A stretch of 51,635 bases of DNA from Anaerolineales bacterium UBA832 (GTDB lineage Bacteria; Chloroflexota; Anaerolineae; Anaerolineales; UBA11657), in assembly GCA_002296125.1 (NCBI GenBank), contig DBHI01000034.1, forward strand, positions 2,015 to 53,649, read 5' to 3'. This document shows positions 29,379 through 39,604 of this stretch, one piece after another. The notes beneath the pieces were generated by a model. That model did not search any database. It was given only the letters and a program-made list of their open reading frames with translations, and was not told the DNA's origin. The stretch's first letter is position 1, and each line of letters starts with the position of its first letter. The position numbers were made by a program, and so were the translations under genes.

Positions 29379-30551
29379 TTACTTCAAAACTTGCTCAAAG
29401 GCTTTAAGTGCGCAATCCAGGTCATTTTGAGTATGAGCAGCAGATATTTGAACACGAATGCGAGCTTTGTTTTTTGGTACAACTGGATAAGAAAAGCCTA
29501 TGACGTATACGCCAAGCTCCAGAAGGCGTTTAGCCATGTTGTGTGCTGATAGTGCATCTCCTATCATAATGGGCAATATGGGATGTTCACCATACGGTAT
29601 TTCAAAACCTATTCCAGATATACCTTTTCTAAAATAAGAGGTGTTTGATTCTAGTTTGTCGCGCAACTCAGTGGATTCTGATAATAGTTCTAAAGATTTT
29701 AACGATGCACCAACTATGCTGGGCGATAAAGTGTTAGAGAATAGATAAGGTCTAGATCGTTGTCTTAGAAGAGATATAATTTCTTTTCGTCCACTAGTAT
29801 ATCCTCCGCTTGCTCCTCCTAGAGCTTTTCCATACGTTCCAGTAATAATATCGATTCGTTCTATAACTTCATGGTATTCATGAGTTCCACGACCAGATTG
29901 TCCTAGCACACCAACTGCATGTGAATCATCAACCATTACAATAGCCTGATATTTATCTGCTAGGTCACATATTGTTTTTAGGTTTGCAATTGTGCCATCC
30001 ATGGAGAATACTCCATCCGTAGCTATCATGCGAAATCTAGCTGCTTTGCAGGCTTTTAATTGCTTTTCCAAATCGTTCATGTCATTATTTCGGAATCTAT
30101 ATTTTTTGGCTTTACACAATTTGATTCCGTCTATGATACTAGCATGGTTTAAATCATCACTAATGATTGCATCTTCTGGTCCTAGTAATGTCTCATAAAG
30201 TCCAGTGTTGGCATCGAAACAAGATGTGTATAGAATAGTGTCCTCTGTACCAAGGAAAGCACTAGTAGCATTTTCTAAACTTTTGTGTATAGATTGAGTT
30301 CCACAAATAAAACGTACGGATGACATACCATAACCCCACAAGTCAAGACTTTTATGAGCACTTGCAATGATAGCTGGATGGTTTGCTAAACCTAAATAGT
30401 TATTTGAGCATAAATTAATTATTTCTTTATTACCCTGCACCAAAATTTTAGAGTGCTGTGGACTATTTATTATTCTCTCATCTTTGTATAGGCCAGAATC
30501 ATTAATATTTTCTAATTCTTGTAGAATATGATTGCGTAGATTGTTGAACAT
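29379..30551 (-). CDS. kbl: Glycine C-acetyltransferase (2-amino-3-ketobutyrate CoA ligase)
   Basis: [58 protein letters not shown]. Confidence 0.96.
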   Translation of the reverse strand: MFNNLRNHILQELENINDSGLYKDERIINSPQHSKILVQGNKEIINLCSNNYLGLANHPAIIASAHKSLDLWGYGMSSVRFICGTQSIHKSLENATSAFLGTEDTILYTSCFDANTGLYETLLGPEDAIISDDLNHASIIDGIKLCKAKKYRFRNNDMNDLEKQLKACKAARFRMIATDGVFSMDGTIANLKTICDLADKYQAIVMVDDSHAVGVLGQSGRGTHEYHEVIERIDIITGTYGKALGGASGGYTSGRKEIISLLRQRSRPYLFSNTLSPSIVGASLKSLELLSESTELRDKLESNTSYFRKGISGIGFEIPYGEHPILPIMIGDALSAHNMAKRLLELGVYVIGFSYPVVPKNKARIRVQISAAHTQNDLDCALKAFEQVLK

Positions 30552-31583
30552 CTATATTTTCTCCCAATCCAGAATTACTTTTCCACATTGTCCTGAACGC
30601 ATCAAGTCAAAACCATCGGCATAATCTTTATAATTCATTTGATGTGTAACTACCTTAGAGATGTCTAATCCAGATTGTAGCATTGTAGTCATTTTGTACC
30701 AAGTTTCAAACATTTCTCTTCCATAAATACCCTTAATAGTTAATCCGTGAAAAATTACTTTGTTCCAAGCTGTAGTTGTGGTATCCGGAAGTAATCCAAG
30801 CAATGCTACTTTACCTCCATGACTCATGTTTTCTACTATGGATTGTAGTGCGTCAGGATTACCAGACATTTCTAGTCCAACGTCAAATCCCTCTTTCATA
30901 CCTAGATAATTCATTGTATCTTTGAGAGTTTGTTCCATAGGATTAATAGCAACACTAACTCCCATGTTTTTTGCTAATTCAACCCTATAGGGATTGGGAT
31001 CGGTGATTACTACGTGACGTGCGCCTATATGACGTACTATTGAAGCTGCCATGAGACCAATTGGACCTGCACCTGTAATAAGAACATCCTCACCGATGAC
31101 ATTGAATGATAATGATGCATGCGTGGCATTACCTAATGGATCGAAACAGGTGAGTAATTCTAGAGGTATTTTACTGTCGCAAGGCCATACATTAGCAACA
31201 GGTATTATTAAGTATTCTGCGAAGGAGCCAGGACGATTGATTCCTACTCCTAGTGTATCACGGCATAAATGTCTTCTTCCCGCCAAGCAGTTGCGGCAGA
31301 GTCCACACACTATGTGGCCTTCTCCTGACACTAAATCACCTGGAGAGTAATCATGGACGTTACTACCAACTTTGTCGATTGTTCCTACATATTCGTGACC
31401 TATAGTAAGAGGGGGGTTAATGTTATGTGATGCCCAATTGTCCCAATCATAAATGTGTAAATCAGTTCCGCAAATGGAACTCTTCATTATGTGAATGCGT
31501 ACTTCATCTGGACCAGGCTCAGGAGTGGGAACTTCTTTGAGTTCAAGACCTATTTGTGGTCTTGTTTTTACCAGTGCTTTCAT
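30552..31583 (-). CDS. tdh: L-threonine 3-dehydrogenase
   Basis: [43 protein letters not shown]. Confidence 0.97.
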   Translation of the reverse strand: MKALVKTRPQIGLELKEVPTPEPGPDEVRIHIMKSSICGTDLHIYDWDNWASHNINPPLTIGHEYVGTIDKVGSNVHDYSPGDLVSGEGHIVCGLCRNCLAGRRHLCRDTLGVGINRPGSFAEYLIIPVANVWPCDSKIPLELLTCFDPLGNATHASLSFNVIGEDVLITGAGPIGLMAASIVRHIGARHVVITDPNPYRVELAKNMGVSVAINPMEQTLKDTMNYLGMKEGFDVGLEMSGNPDALQSIVENMSHGGKVALLGLLPDTTTTAWNKVIFHGLTIKGIYGREMFETWYKMTTMLQSGLDISKVVTHQMNYKDYADGFDLMRSGQCGKVILDWEKI

Positions 31584-31593
31584 ACAATTATTA

Positions 31594-32445
31594 TCAGCTA
31601 TTTTGTATTTGTTGCCATACTTTCTTGATTAAAAGTGCATCATCTTCCATAATTGGACTTTCACATAGTAGTCTGCCTGAGCAATGGTAATCGGACAGTA
31701 CTTGAAGAAAATCAATGTAATTAAGATCTCCTTCTTCAAAAGTTAAGTGTTTTCTCTCTCCTTTAGGACCGTATTCTATGCCAGATATGTGAATATGTAG
31801 GTTGGTTAGTTCTTTTTCACCCAAAACATTGCCTATAGATTTTATTATATCTTCAAATTCCTTATATGTGTTGATTGTGCCATCACCATTGCGTGCATGT
31901 AAGTGAGCGATGTCTATGCATGGTGAGACTCCCGGTATATTCTTGGAAAGTGCAAGCGTATCTTCTAGTGAACCTAGCATTGCACTTTTCCCCATGGTTT
32001 CTGGACGGAGTGTGACTAGGTTAGAAGCATGTCTTAGTTCCTCAATGCATCCATTTAATCTTTCTATAACTAATGGCAATACTTCTTTGGGAGGTGCACC
32101 AAAATATGAACCGGGATGAAAAATAATATCTGTTGCTCCTGCTAAATGTCCATAATGTGCTGCGTCCATTAATCTTTTGCGGCTTTTTGGCCATTCTTCT
32201 TTTTTGGCATTTAAATTGATAAAATAAGGTGCATGGACACTAAGAGTGATGTTATTTTCCTTGGCAGTTACATTTATCCTTTCACAAGTAGATTCTTTTA
32301 CGCGTACAGAATGCACCCATCCCAATTCGAGAGTTGTTAGTCCTAACGTAGCGGTTTGTTTAATGGCTCCTATTGAACCACCAGGGCTTTTAGGGGTGGT
32401 CATTGGTGATCCTACAGTACCAAACTCAAAGTAATTTTGTTTCAT
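31594..32445 (-). CDS. nfo: Endonuclease IV-like TIM-barrel protein (archaeal-type)
   Basis: [39 protein letters not shown]. Confidence 0.85.
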   Translation of the reverse strand: MKQNYFEFGTVGSPMTTPKSPGGSIGAIKQTATLGLTTLELGWVHSVRVKESTCERINVTAKENNITLSVHAPYFINLNAKKEEWPKSRKRLMDAAHYGHLAGATDIIFHPGSYFGAPPKEVLPLVIERLNGCIEELRHASNLVTLRPETMGKSAMLGSLEDTLALSKNIPGVSPCIDIAHLHARNGDGTINTYKEFEDIIKSIGNVLGEKELTNLHIHISGIEYGPKGERKHLTFEEGDLNYIDFLQVLSDYHCSGRLLCESPIMEDDALLIKKVWQQIQNS

Positions 32446-32476
32446 TATTAATACCTTTTCGATTTAGATTTTGTTT

Positions 32477-34006
32477 TCATGGAGTTGTAGAAATCTGATT
32501 GTTGTTTACACAAGCACATGCAACTAATGAGATTCCAGTTTCGCTATTTAGTAATTTGCCACGATATGGCCTGTGTTCTCCAATTACATGCCATTTATCT
32601 AATTGAAATATTGGTGGTCCATCTGCTGGTATCCATTCTCCATTATATTTTCTTGCCAAGTGTAGATGTGTTCCGGTTGTTTCTAATTCACCTTCACAAG
32701 AGGGTCGTCCTAAACGTTCTCCTTTTTGTATTGTTTTTCCAACTCTCAATTTGTATTTTTCCGGTAAGAGGTGAGCATATATTAGAGTCCATCCAGTTAA
32801 TTCTGAACCATCATTATCTAAATTTTGTGCTACAACTCCAGTTCCCATACGAGTGATAATTCCATCTGCAGGTGCTATGATCCAATCGTTACTTTCAGTG
32901 CATCCAGGTTCTGCTAATTGTGGTGCAAAGTCTATTGCCGCCCATGGACCTGAATCTCTCCATGCATTATGGGGTCCACCTGTATAGTTCCAAATTACTC
33001 CTGGTTCGAATGGTAGATCAATTGTGGGTTGGGATAGTCCAGGTTGTATAATGTCAATTTGATATTGGAAAGGATCACCAAATAATTGTTTGTAAGTTGC
33101 TGAAAAACCATCTGGTCCAATAGCTTTTTTAAACAAAGGTTCTGAATATAGAGATGAAAAAAAAGAATATATTGCTACAGTTCCTGCATTTAAGTGGGGA
33201 TGTAATTGATATATTTCATTTTCAGCTAGTTTTAATTCTTTGAGTCGTCCATGTCGCCATCCATAGTACCCATTATTTAATTGTTCTGCTGCCCACATTA
33301 ACTGATTGGGTAATTTAGCAAATTTCCATTCTTGTACATTGAGTGGGTATTGTATTATCGAATTTGTGGTAGTGGTCCCAGATATTAATCCGCTTTGGTA
33401 TTCTATTAACGCTAGTAGTATTCTGGGGTTTACTGAATATTCCATTGCAATATTGTGTACTATCTGCCATCCTGGTAATAAATATTCGTTCCCTGCTTCA
33501 ATTTGCCATAACCATCCCTGACTGTATTTTTTTACTTCTTCTTCTATATTAAGATTGAGTTGTCCTGGGCCATATATGGTCTCACTATCTGGGATTATTA
33601 GAAAAGGTTTGGGATTAGTATTTATGCTAATCTCTGGAAGTATTACAATCACATTCTTTTTTAGGTGATCGGTTTTGTGTAAGTTTGGATTTGCTTTTTG
33701 TAAAAGTTCATAATTAATGTTAAATCGGCGAGATATTATTGGCAAAGTATCACCGTTCCAAGTTTTGTATGTGTCAAATTGAGATGGAATATATTTTTCT
33801 TTGGTTAGATGTACTATAGGGGAAGTAGCTTGTTGTTGTATCGACAAGTCAGTTGATTCATCAGTCCTTTCAGATATTTGTACGTTAGGAGGAGAAAGCG
33901 AAGGTTCTATTGGCATTGAATCTGATTGAGGAATTTGACATGCTTGTACAATTAATGCTATCAAAGTCAGTATAATTAAAGTGTGTGTTTTCGTTGTTAT
34001 ATTCAT
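32477..34006 (-). CDS. LysM + M23-like peptidase lipoprotein
   Basis: Lipobox VQAC; LysM (GDTL..I..RF......L..AN); TGGPH...AAIDF, YAHL, TGTHLH. Confidence 0.82.
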   Translation of the reverse strand: MNITTKTHTLIILTLIALIVQACQIPQSDSMPIEPSLSPPNVQISERTDESTDLSIQQQATSPIVHLTKEKYIPSQFDTYKTWNGDTLPIISRRFNINYELLQKANPNLHKTDHLKKNVIVILPEISINTNPKPFLIIPDSETIYGPGQLNLNIEEEVKKYSQGWLWQIEAGNEYLLPGWQIVHNIAMEYSVNPRILLALIEYQSGLISGTTTTNSIIQYPLNVQEWKFAKLPNQLMWAAEQLNNGYYGWRHGRLKELKLAENEIYQLHPHLNAGTVAIYSFFSSLYSEPLFKKAIGPDGFSATYKQLFGDPFQYQIDIIQPGLSQPTIDLPFEPGVIWNYTGGPHNAWRDSGPWAAIDFAPQLAEPGCTESNDWIIAPADGIITRMGTGVVAQNLDNDGSELTGWTLIYAHLLPEKYKLRVGKTIQKGERLGRPSCEGELETTGTHLHLARKYNGEWIPADGPPIFQLDKWHVIGEHRPYRGKLLNSETGISLVACACVNNNQISTTP

Positions 34007-34079
34007 ATATTATTGGAATTATACGACATTGTGTGACGTATGCTAAGGAATAAATTATCATCCATTAAGTAATTGCTGT

Positions 34080-35597
34080 ATGTTATTGACACATTTAAAT
34101 TGTTGCAAAGCTTGTTTTCGCGTAATTATACGAATAATATCATGTTTCGTATTAGTTGGTATCCAGTTTGATAGAGTCTATGCTGATTCAACAATTCCAG
34201 ATCCGCGTTTAGGAATTGTTGAATCATATCAATCACCGCGTCATGCGACGAAATGGGACATTGGGTGGGATCGAATAGTATTTGAATGGTATAAAATTCA
34301 ACCATTTGGGTCTGATAGTTGGCTTCCTGTACGTCCGCATGGACTTGCATCAAATGGTTTGAATGTTATGAGGAAAGATAAAGGTATATTTGAACATTCA
34401 TTTGTACAAGAGCAGTGGATCGATCAAGCACTAGATGATAATAGAGAAATAGTTGCACTTTTGATTGGCACACCAGATTGGGCAACTGATGGATTGCCTC
34501 ATCGAGGTGTTCCCAACGGATTATATCTTCCAGTTAACGATCCTAATAACCATTGGGCTCAGTTTGTGAGGGGAGTTTTTAATGAATACGGTGATGTGAT
34601 CAAAAATTGGGTGATTTGGAACGAGCCAGACATATCATCCGACCATCCAGGAGCACAATTTGATGGATCGGTAGAAGATTATTATCGTTTGGTAAAAGTT
34701 GCTTATCTGGTATCTCAAGAAGTAAATTCAGACATTGTTATTCACTTAGCTGGATTAACTTATTGGCATGATGTGGTCTATGGACGAGAACCATATTTGC
34801 AGAGATTGTTAGAAGTACTTGTTCAGGATCCACAAGCATCATTATATGATCATTATTTTGATGTGGTAACAGTGCATATATATTTTAATACTGAGTCAGT
34901 TTATCAAATTATTAATCTACAATTTGATATTCTTGCTAAATTTGGATTAGATAAGAAGATTTGGCTAAATGAAACGAATGCAGCTCCTATGAATGATCTT
35001 CTTTATCCATGGACTGATCCACTCTTGCCAATAACGTTACAACAACAAGCTTCCTTTGTGATTCAATCAAATGCTTTGGCTTTTGCTTCAGGGGCTGAAC
35101 GTGTGGCAGTTTACAAGTTTTTTGATCATATAGAGCCATTACCTGGACTTGAGTCTTATGGATTGATTAGGAATGATGGTAGTTATAGACCAGTTGCTAG
35201 AGCGTATCAGACTTTAGTAAATTCTATTTCTGGTTTTCAAGAAGTGAATCATTTTGTTTATGATACGCATCATATAGTTACATTCTTTGGCTTATCAAGA
35301 CGTACCACTATTGCATGGACGCGTACAGATCAGGATGTTCTGATTTCTTTAGAGGATTTTCATGATGTCAATTATCAATATTTTATTGATAAATTAGGTG
35401 ACAAGGTTGTAATAAATAGTGGTGATGATTTGCAATTTATTTTACCTGGTCAAGATTGTGATACAAATATCACTATTTGTTCAGTAGGTGGTTTGCCTTT
35501 GATATTGGTGGAATATCAAATGTGTGATATTAACAGTTTGGTATATCAACATGATTGTAATTTGTTGTTGTCTTCGGATAAAAAATTGGTTCCTTAA
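34080..35597 (+). CDS. Secreted clan GH-A glycoside hydrolase (GH5/GH39-like); start uncertain
   Basis: W.IWNEPD acid/base motif, FDV..VH.Y, IWLNET nucleophile, YGL.R. Confidence 0.75.
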   Translation: MLLTHLNCCKACFRVIIRIISCFVLVGIQFDRVYADSTIPDPRLGIVESYQSPRHATKWDIGWDRIVFEWYKIQPFGSDSWLPVRPHGLASNGLNVMRKDKGIFEHSFVQEQWIDQALDDNREIVALLIGTPDWATDGLPHRGVPNGLYLPVNDPNNHWAQFVRGVFNEYGDVIKNWVIWNEPDISSDHPGAQFDGSVEDYYRLVKVAYLVSQEVNSDIVIHLAGLTYWHDVVYGREPYLQRLLEVLVQDPQASLYDHYFDVVTVHIYFNTESVYQIINLQFDILAKFGLDKKIWLNETNAAPMNDLLYPWTDPLLPITLQQQASFVIQSNALAFASGAERVAVYKFFDHIEPLPGLESYGLIRNDGSYRPVARAYQTLVNSISGFQEVNHFVYDTHHIVTFFGLSRRTTIAWTRTDQDVLISLEDFHDVNYQYFIDKLGDKVVINSGDDLQFILPGQDCDTNITICSVGGLPLILVEYQMCDINSLVYQHDCNLLLSSDKKLVP

Positions 35598-35601
35598 TTG
35601 A

Positions 35602-35644
35602 TTGACTGGTGGATAATAATATGTATAATTTAGGTATACCTAAA
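35602..35644 (+). promoter_or_regulatory. feo promoter with DtxR/MntR-family-like operator
   Basis: TTGACT(35602-07)-N16-TATAAT(35624-29) followed at once by TTTAGGTATACCTAAA, resembling TTAGG-N4-CCTAA boxes. Confidence 0.65.
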
Positions 35645-35660
35645 TTATACATATTATTAT
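35613..35660. repeat. 48-bp perfect palindrome
   Basis: ATAATAATATGTATAATTTAGGTA|TACCTAAATTATACATATTATTAT, 24-bp arms, no spacer. Confidence 0.95.
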
Positions 35661-35681
35661 GTATTTTTCGGAGGTCATGTT

Positions 35682-35936
35682 ATTAATAATACTTATGAAC
35701 AGTTTGATAAACATCTGTCTGATTTGGAAATAGGTAAAAGCTGCCGTGTTATAGGGATAAATGAGCGTTGTAATGGTCTAGAACGAAGAAGACTATTAGA
35801 TTTAGGTATTCTACCAGGAACACTTATTAAAGCTGAAATGCAAAGTCCATCTGGTGATCCGATAGCTTATCGTATACGTGACACTATAATTGGTTTACGA
35901 AAAGAACAAGCCTGTTTGATTGAAGTTATTATGTGA
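35682..35936 (+). CDS. feoA: Ferrous iron transport protein FeoA (start uncertain: ATT 35682 or TTG 35724)
   Basis: LSDLEIG...RRRLLDLGILPGT...SPSGDPIAY.IR...I.LRKE.A; frame is open upstream of the TTG. Confidence 0.85.
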   Translation: MNNTYEQFDKHLSDLEIGKSCRVIGINERCNGLERRRLLDLGILPGTLIKAEMQSPSGDPIAYRIRDTIIGLRKEQACLIEVIM

Positions 35937-35980
35937 TAAATATGCTTGGTCTTATATAAGATATAACAGTATGTAGATTT

Positions 35981-36778
35981 ATGAATATTGATCAAAATTT
36001 GTTGCAACCAGATAAATGTGTTACATGTCCCTCACATAATTCTATTGAGTTAATGCGTCTTGGTGTTGATATGCAAGATTGGGATTATGTGGTTGGTTTA
36101 GCTGGTAATCCCAATACTGGTAAGAGTACTATTTTTAATTCATTAACAGGTTTAAGACAGCATACTGGCAACTGGCCTGGTAAAACTGTGTCTCGTATGG
36201 AAGGTGGTTATGAATATGAATCTACAAGGTATAAAGTTGTTGATTTACCTGGAGCATATTCACTCTTAAGTACAAGCATTGATGAGGAAATTGCTAGGAA
36301 TTTCATTTTGTTTGGTAGGCCTGATGTGACCGTAGTGGTTGTTGATGCCACTAGATTAGAGCGTAATCTTAACTTAGCATTACAGATCTTAGAAATTACA
36401 GATAGAGCAGTATTGTGTTTGAATCTTATGGATGAAGCAAACAAGCATGGTATTGTTATCGATGAAAGATGTTTGGCACGTGATTTAGGTATTCCAGTTG
36501 TGCCTACCGTAGCAAGAAATCAGGAAGGATTACCATATTTAATTCAGACTATAGGAGATGTTGCTTCTGGCAAGATTAAGTGCAATCCATATAGGTCAAA
36601 CAAAAAGATTGGTGAAATGAGTGTGATTGTAAAACAGCTGACTGAAAAGTTAGAAAGTATTTATCCAGATTTACCAAACCATCGTTGGTTAGCATTGCGT
36701 TTGTTAGATGGAGATTCAGATATTATATCGGCTTTGTCTGAGGGAAAATTGCAATCTTTAGCAAATTCAGTTAAGTGA
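35981..36778 (+). CDS. feoB: FeoB N-terminal GTPase domain as separate ORF
   Basis: [36 protein letters not shown]. Confidence 0.9.
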   Translation: MNIDQNLLQPDKCVTCPSHNSIELMRLGVDMQDWDYVVGLAGNPNTGKSTIFNSLTGLRQHTGNWPGKTVSRMEGGYEYESTRYKVVDLPGAYSLLSTSIDEEIARNFILFGRPDVTVVVVDATRLERNLNLALQILEITDRAVLCLNLMDEANKHGIVIDERCLARDLGIPVVPTVARNQEGLPYLIQTIGDVASGKIKCNPYRSNKKIGEMSVIVKQLTEKLESIYPDLPNHRWLALRLLDGDSDIISALSEGKLQSLANSVK

Positions 36779-36791
36779 TGTTATTTTAGAA

Positions 36792-38216
36792 ATGTCTAAT
36801 GATTCATTAAGTCAATTGTTGAATAAAGCTAAACATTTTCGTAGAGATTTAGGAAACAAAGTTCATGAAGATATAGTTGAATCTATTTACGATGATGCTG
36901 CACGTATTGCTAAAAGAGCTGTTGATATAGATAACAAGTCAATTTCTATGGGTCTTGATCGTGCTATTGACAGAGTTGTTACAAGTCGTTTGTATGGTTT
37001 TCCATTAATGATGCTTTTGCTTACACTAGTATTTTGGTTGACCATTTCTGGAGCTAATGTTCCTTCTAGCATGTTGGCAACATTGTTCTTAGATATTATT
37101 TATCCGGGACTCAAGTCGTTATCTGAATCTCTGAATATTTCTTGGTGGCTTGATGGATTATTAATTGACGGAGTATATTTAGCAGTTGGTTGGGTTATAA
37201 GTGTTATGTTACCTCCAATGGCAATATTTTTCCCTTTGTTTACATTGTTGGAAGATCTTGGCTATTTACCACGTATTGCTTTTAATCTTGATAATATGTT
37301 TAGAAAAACAGGTGCACATGGTAAACAAGCACTTAGCATGGCAATGGGTTGGGGATGTAATGCTGCCGGAGTTATTTCTACACGCATTATTGATAGCCCT
37401 CGTGAAAGACTGATAGCTATCATTACTAATAATTTTTCATTATGTAATGGACGTTGGCCTACGCAAATATTAGTTGCTACAGTGTTTATAGGTGGTCTTG
37501 TGCCAGCTCATTTTGCTGGTGTTGTTTCAGCAATGTCTGTAGTAGCGATTGCTGTCTTAGGTATTCTGTTAACATTCTTAGTGTCGTGGGCACTTTCTAG
37601 ATCAATTTTGAGAGGTGAATCGTCTGTATTTAATATGGAACTACCACCGTATCGTATGCCACATGTTTGGCAGACTGTTTATACTTCAATCATTGATAGG
37701 ACTTTGCCTGTTCTGTGGCGAGCTATACTTTGGGCTGTGCCTGCTGGTGCACTTATATGGCTTACATCTAATATTAACATTGATAATATTAGTTTTGCAG
37801 AACATGTGATTTTGTTATTGGATCCCTTTGGGTTTGTCATAGGACTTAATGGCGTGATTTTATTGGCTTATATTTTGGCGATTCCTGCTAATGAAATAAT
37901 TGTTCCAACAATATTGATGTTAACTGTTTTGTCTTCTGGTATAGAAAGGATAGGACTAGGAGCTGGTGTGATGTTTGAACTAGATTCTTTAGATGTTACT
38001 TTAAAGGTTTTTGAAGCTGGAGGATGGACTCTCCTTACTGCTGTTAATCTCATGCTTTTTAGTTTGATACACAATCCATGTAGTACTACTATACATACAA
38101 TATATAAAGAAACAGGAAGCGTTAAATGGACTCTTGTTTCTACTTTTCTACCTTTACTAATGGGGTTTGTGATCACATTTCTAGTAGCTCAAGTTTGGAG
38201 AATAATTGTAAATTGA
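36792..38216 (+). CDS. feoB: FeoB membrane (gate) domain as separate ORF
   Basis: [35 protein letters not shown]. Confidence 0.9.
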   Translation: MSNDSLSQLLNKAKHFRRDLGNKVHEDIVESIYDDAARIAKRAVDIDNKSISMGLDRAIDRVVTSRLYGFPLMMLLLTLVFWLTISGANVPSSMLATLFLDIIYPGLKSLSESLNISWWLDGLLIDGVYLAVGWVISVMLPPMAIFFPLFTLLEDLGYLPRIAFNLDNMFRKTGAHGKQALSMAMGWGCNAAGVISTRIIDSPRERLIAIITNNFSLCNGRWPTQILVATVFIGGLVPAHFAGVVSAMSVVAIAVLGILLTFLVSWALSRSILRGESSVFNMELPPYRMPHVWQTVYTSIIDRTLPVLWRAILWAVPAGALIWLTSNINIDNISFAEHVILLLDPFGFVIGLNGVILLAYILAIPANEIIVPTILMLTVLSSGIERIGLGAGVMFELDSLDVTLKVFEAGGWTLLTAVNLMLFSLIHNPCSTTIHTIYKETGSVKWTLVSTFLPLLMGFVITFLVAQVWRIIVN

Positions 38217-38234
38217 TTGTAGCTTACACATTAA

Positions 38235-38654
38235 TTATTGTCCGATTATTTGCACATTAATTTTTCTTTGACGAGGTTTATTGTCGAAATCAACAAATAC
38301 TATCTGTTGCCACATCCCCAGATGTAGTTCCTTATTGATTACAGGTACAGATATTGATGGTCCTATTAGTGCTGCACATAGATGTGAGTGTCCATTACCA
38401 TCATGCCACCGTTCGTTGTGTTTATAAAACTCATTGGGATTAGCTACTGCTTTGAAATGATCTTGGAAATCTTGAATACATCCGCTTTCGAATTCCATTG
38501 TAGTAATTGCTGATGTGGATGAAGGTGTGAAAATAGTTGTATTTCCAATTGAAATATTCGAACTGATAATTAAATTTTGTATTTCTATTGTTATATCATG
38601 TATATCAGTGTTTCCGGTTGCATTAATGCTAAGCATATGATTTTCTATTTTCAT
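38235..38654 (-). CDS. yjbQ: YjbQ/UPF0047 family protein
   Basis: DIT, ST.AI...E, H...DGNGHSH, LG.WQQI...DFD..PR.R. Confidence 0.9.
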   Translation of the reverse strand: MKIENHMLSINATGNTDIHDITIEIQNLIISSNISIGNTTIFTPSSTSAITTMEFESGCIQDFQDHFKAVANPNEFYKHNERWHDGNGHSHLCAALIGPSISVPVINKELHLGMWQQIVFVDFDNKPRQRKINVQIIGQ

Positions 38655-38808
38655 GTTGATTCTCCAATTTAGTATTGAATTTGTTACTTATTTTGTTTCA
38701 ATTACATTGTATATATTCTGCATCTAAAATTGTAATAGTGATATCTATCTTAAACAACTTGCCATCATAGGTTCTACATGAGACAATCGTGTGAGGAGTA
38801 GTGTTTTT

Positions 38809-39579
38809 ATGAGTATAAATGGTAATGAAATACCTTCCAATATTTCTGATCAGAGTGATAAATTCATTGTAATTAGGCGCAGTTATTTTTATATTGCTAT
38901 TGCTCCAGTAATGTTTGTATGTGGATTAGCAGTTGGTTTCTTAATTTGGGGAGATCAGAATATTAAGTCTGTAGATGAAAAAGTTCTTACGGTAACAGAA
39001 AATTCACCAATTGCTGATACTGAAGAAATTGAATATTTTGATGAATCATTAGATCGTTTTGATGTGAAAAGCTCAAATGATCCATGTATAGGTTCTCCTG
39101 ATGCTCCAATTACGGTGATAGAATTTAGTGATTTTCAGTGTGGATATTGTGCTAGATTTGTTGATTCTACTTTAATTCCATTACTAGAGAGTTATCCAGA
39201 TGAGATTAGATTTTGTTACAAAGATTTCCCATTAGAAAGTATACATCCTGAAGCATTTGCCGCATCCGAGGCGGCCGAGTGTGCTTTTGAGCAGGATCAA
39301 TTTTGGCAGTTTCATAATGGAATTTTTTGGAATCAGTCGAAATTGGGTGTTGATTTGTATCTTGATCTAGCGGATAGTTTAAAGATGGATCTTGATCAAT
39401 TCCAGCAATGTATTGAGTCTAACAAGTATCGTTCACGTGTTGTTGAAGATTTTACTATTGGAAGAGATTTGGGGGTAACAGGTACTCCTACATTTTTTGT
39501 TAATGGTATACCTTTGGTAGGTGCTCAGCCTATTGAGTCTTTTATAGGAATAATTGAATCAGAGCTTACACAACAATAG
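38809..39579 (+). CDS. Membrane-anchored DsbA family thiol-disulfide oxidoreductase
   Basis: TM helix; G.PDAPITVIEFSDFQCGYC, FPL..IH, GVTGTPTFFVNG. Confidence 0.92.
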   Translation: MSINGNEIPSNISDQSDKFIVIRRSYFYIAIAPVMFVCGLAVGFLIWGDQNIKSVDEKVLTVTENSPIADTEEIEYFDESLDRFDVKSSNDPCIGSPDAPITVIEFSDFQCGYCARFVDSTLIPLLESYPDEIRFCYKDFPLESIHPEAFAASEAAECAFEQDQFWQFHNGIFWNQSKLGVDLYLDLADSLKMDLDQFQQCIESNKYRSRVVEDFTIGRDLGVTGTPTFFVNGIPLVGAQPIESFIGIIESELTQQ

Positions 39580-39604
39580 AAATGTTTACTTTTTGAGGTG
39601 TATT

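Noticed and set aside
36776-36794. Possible selenocysteine or stop readthrough joining the feoB halves
   Set aside because: The downstream ORF is in a different frame (16-nt offset from the TGA) and no SECIS-like hairpin is evident.
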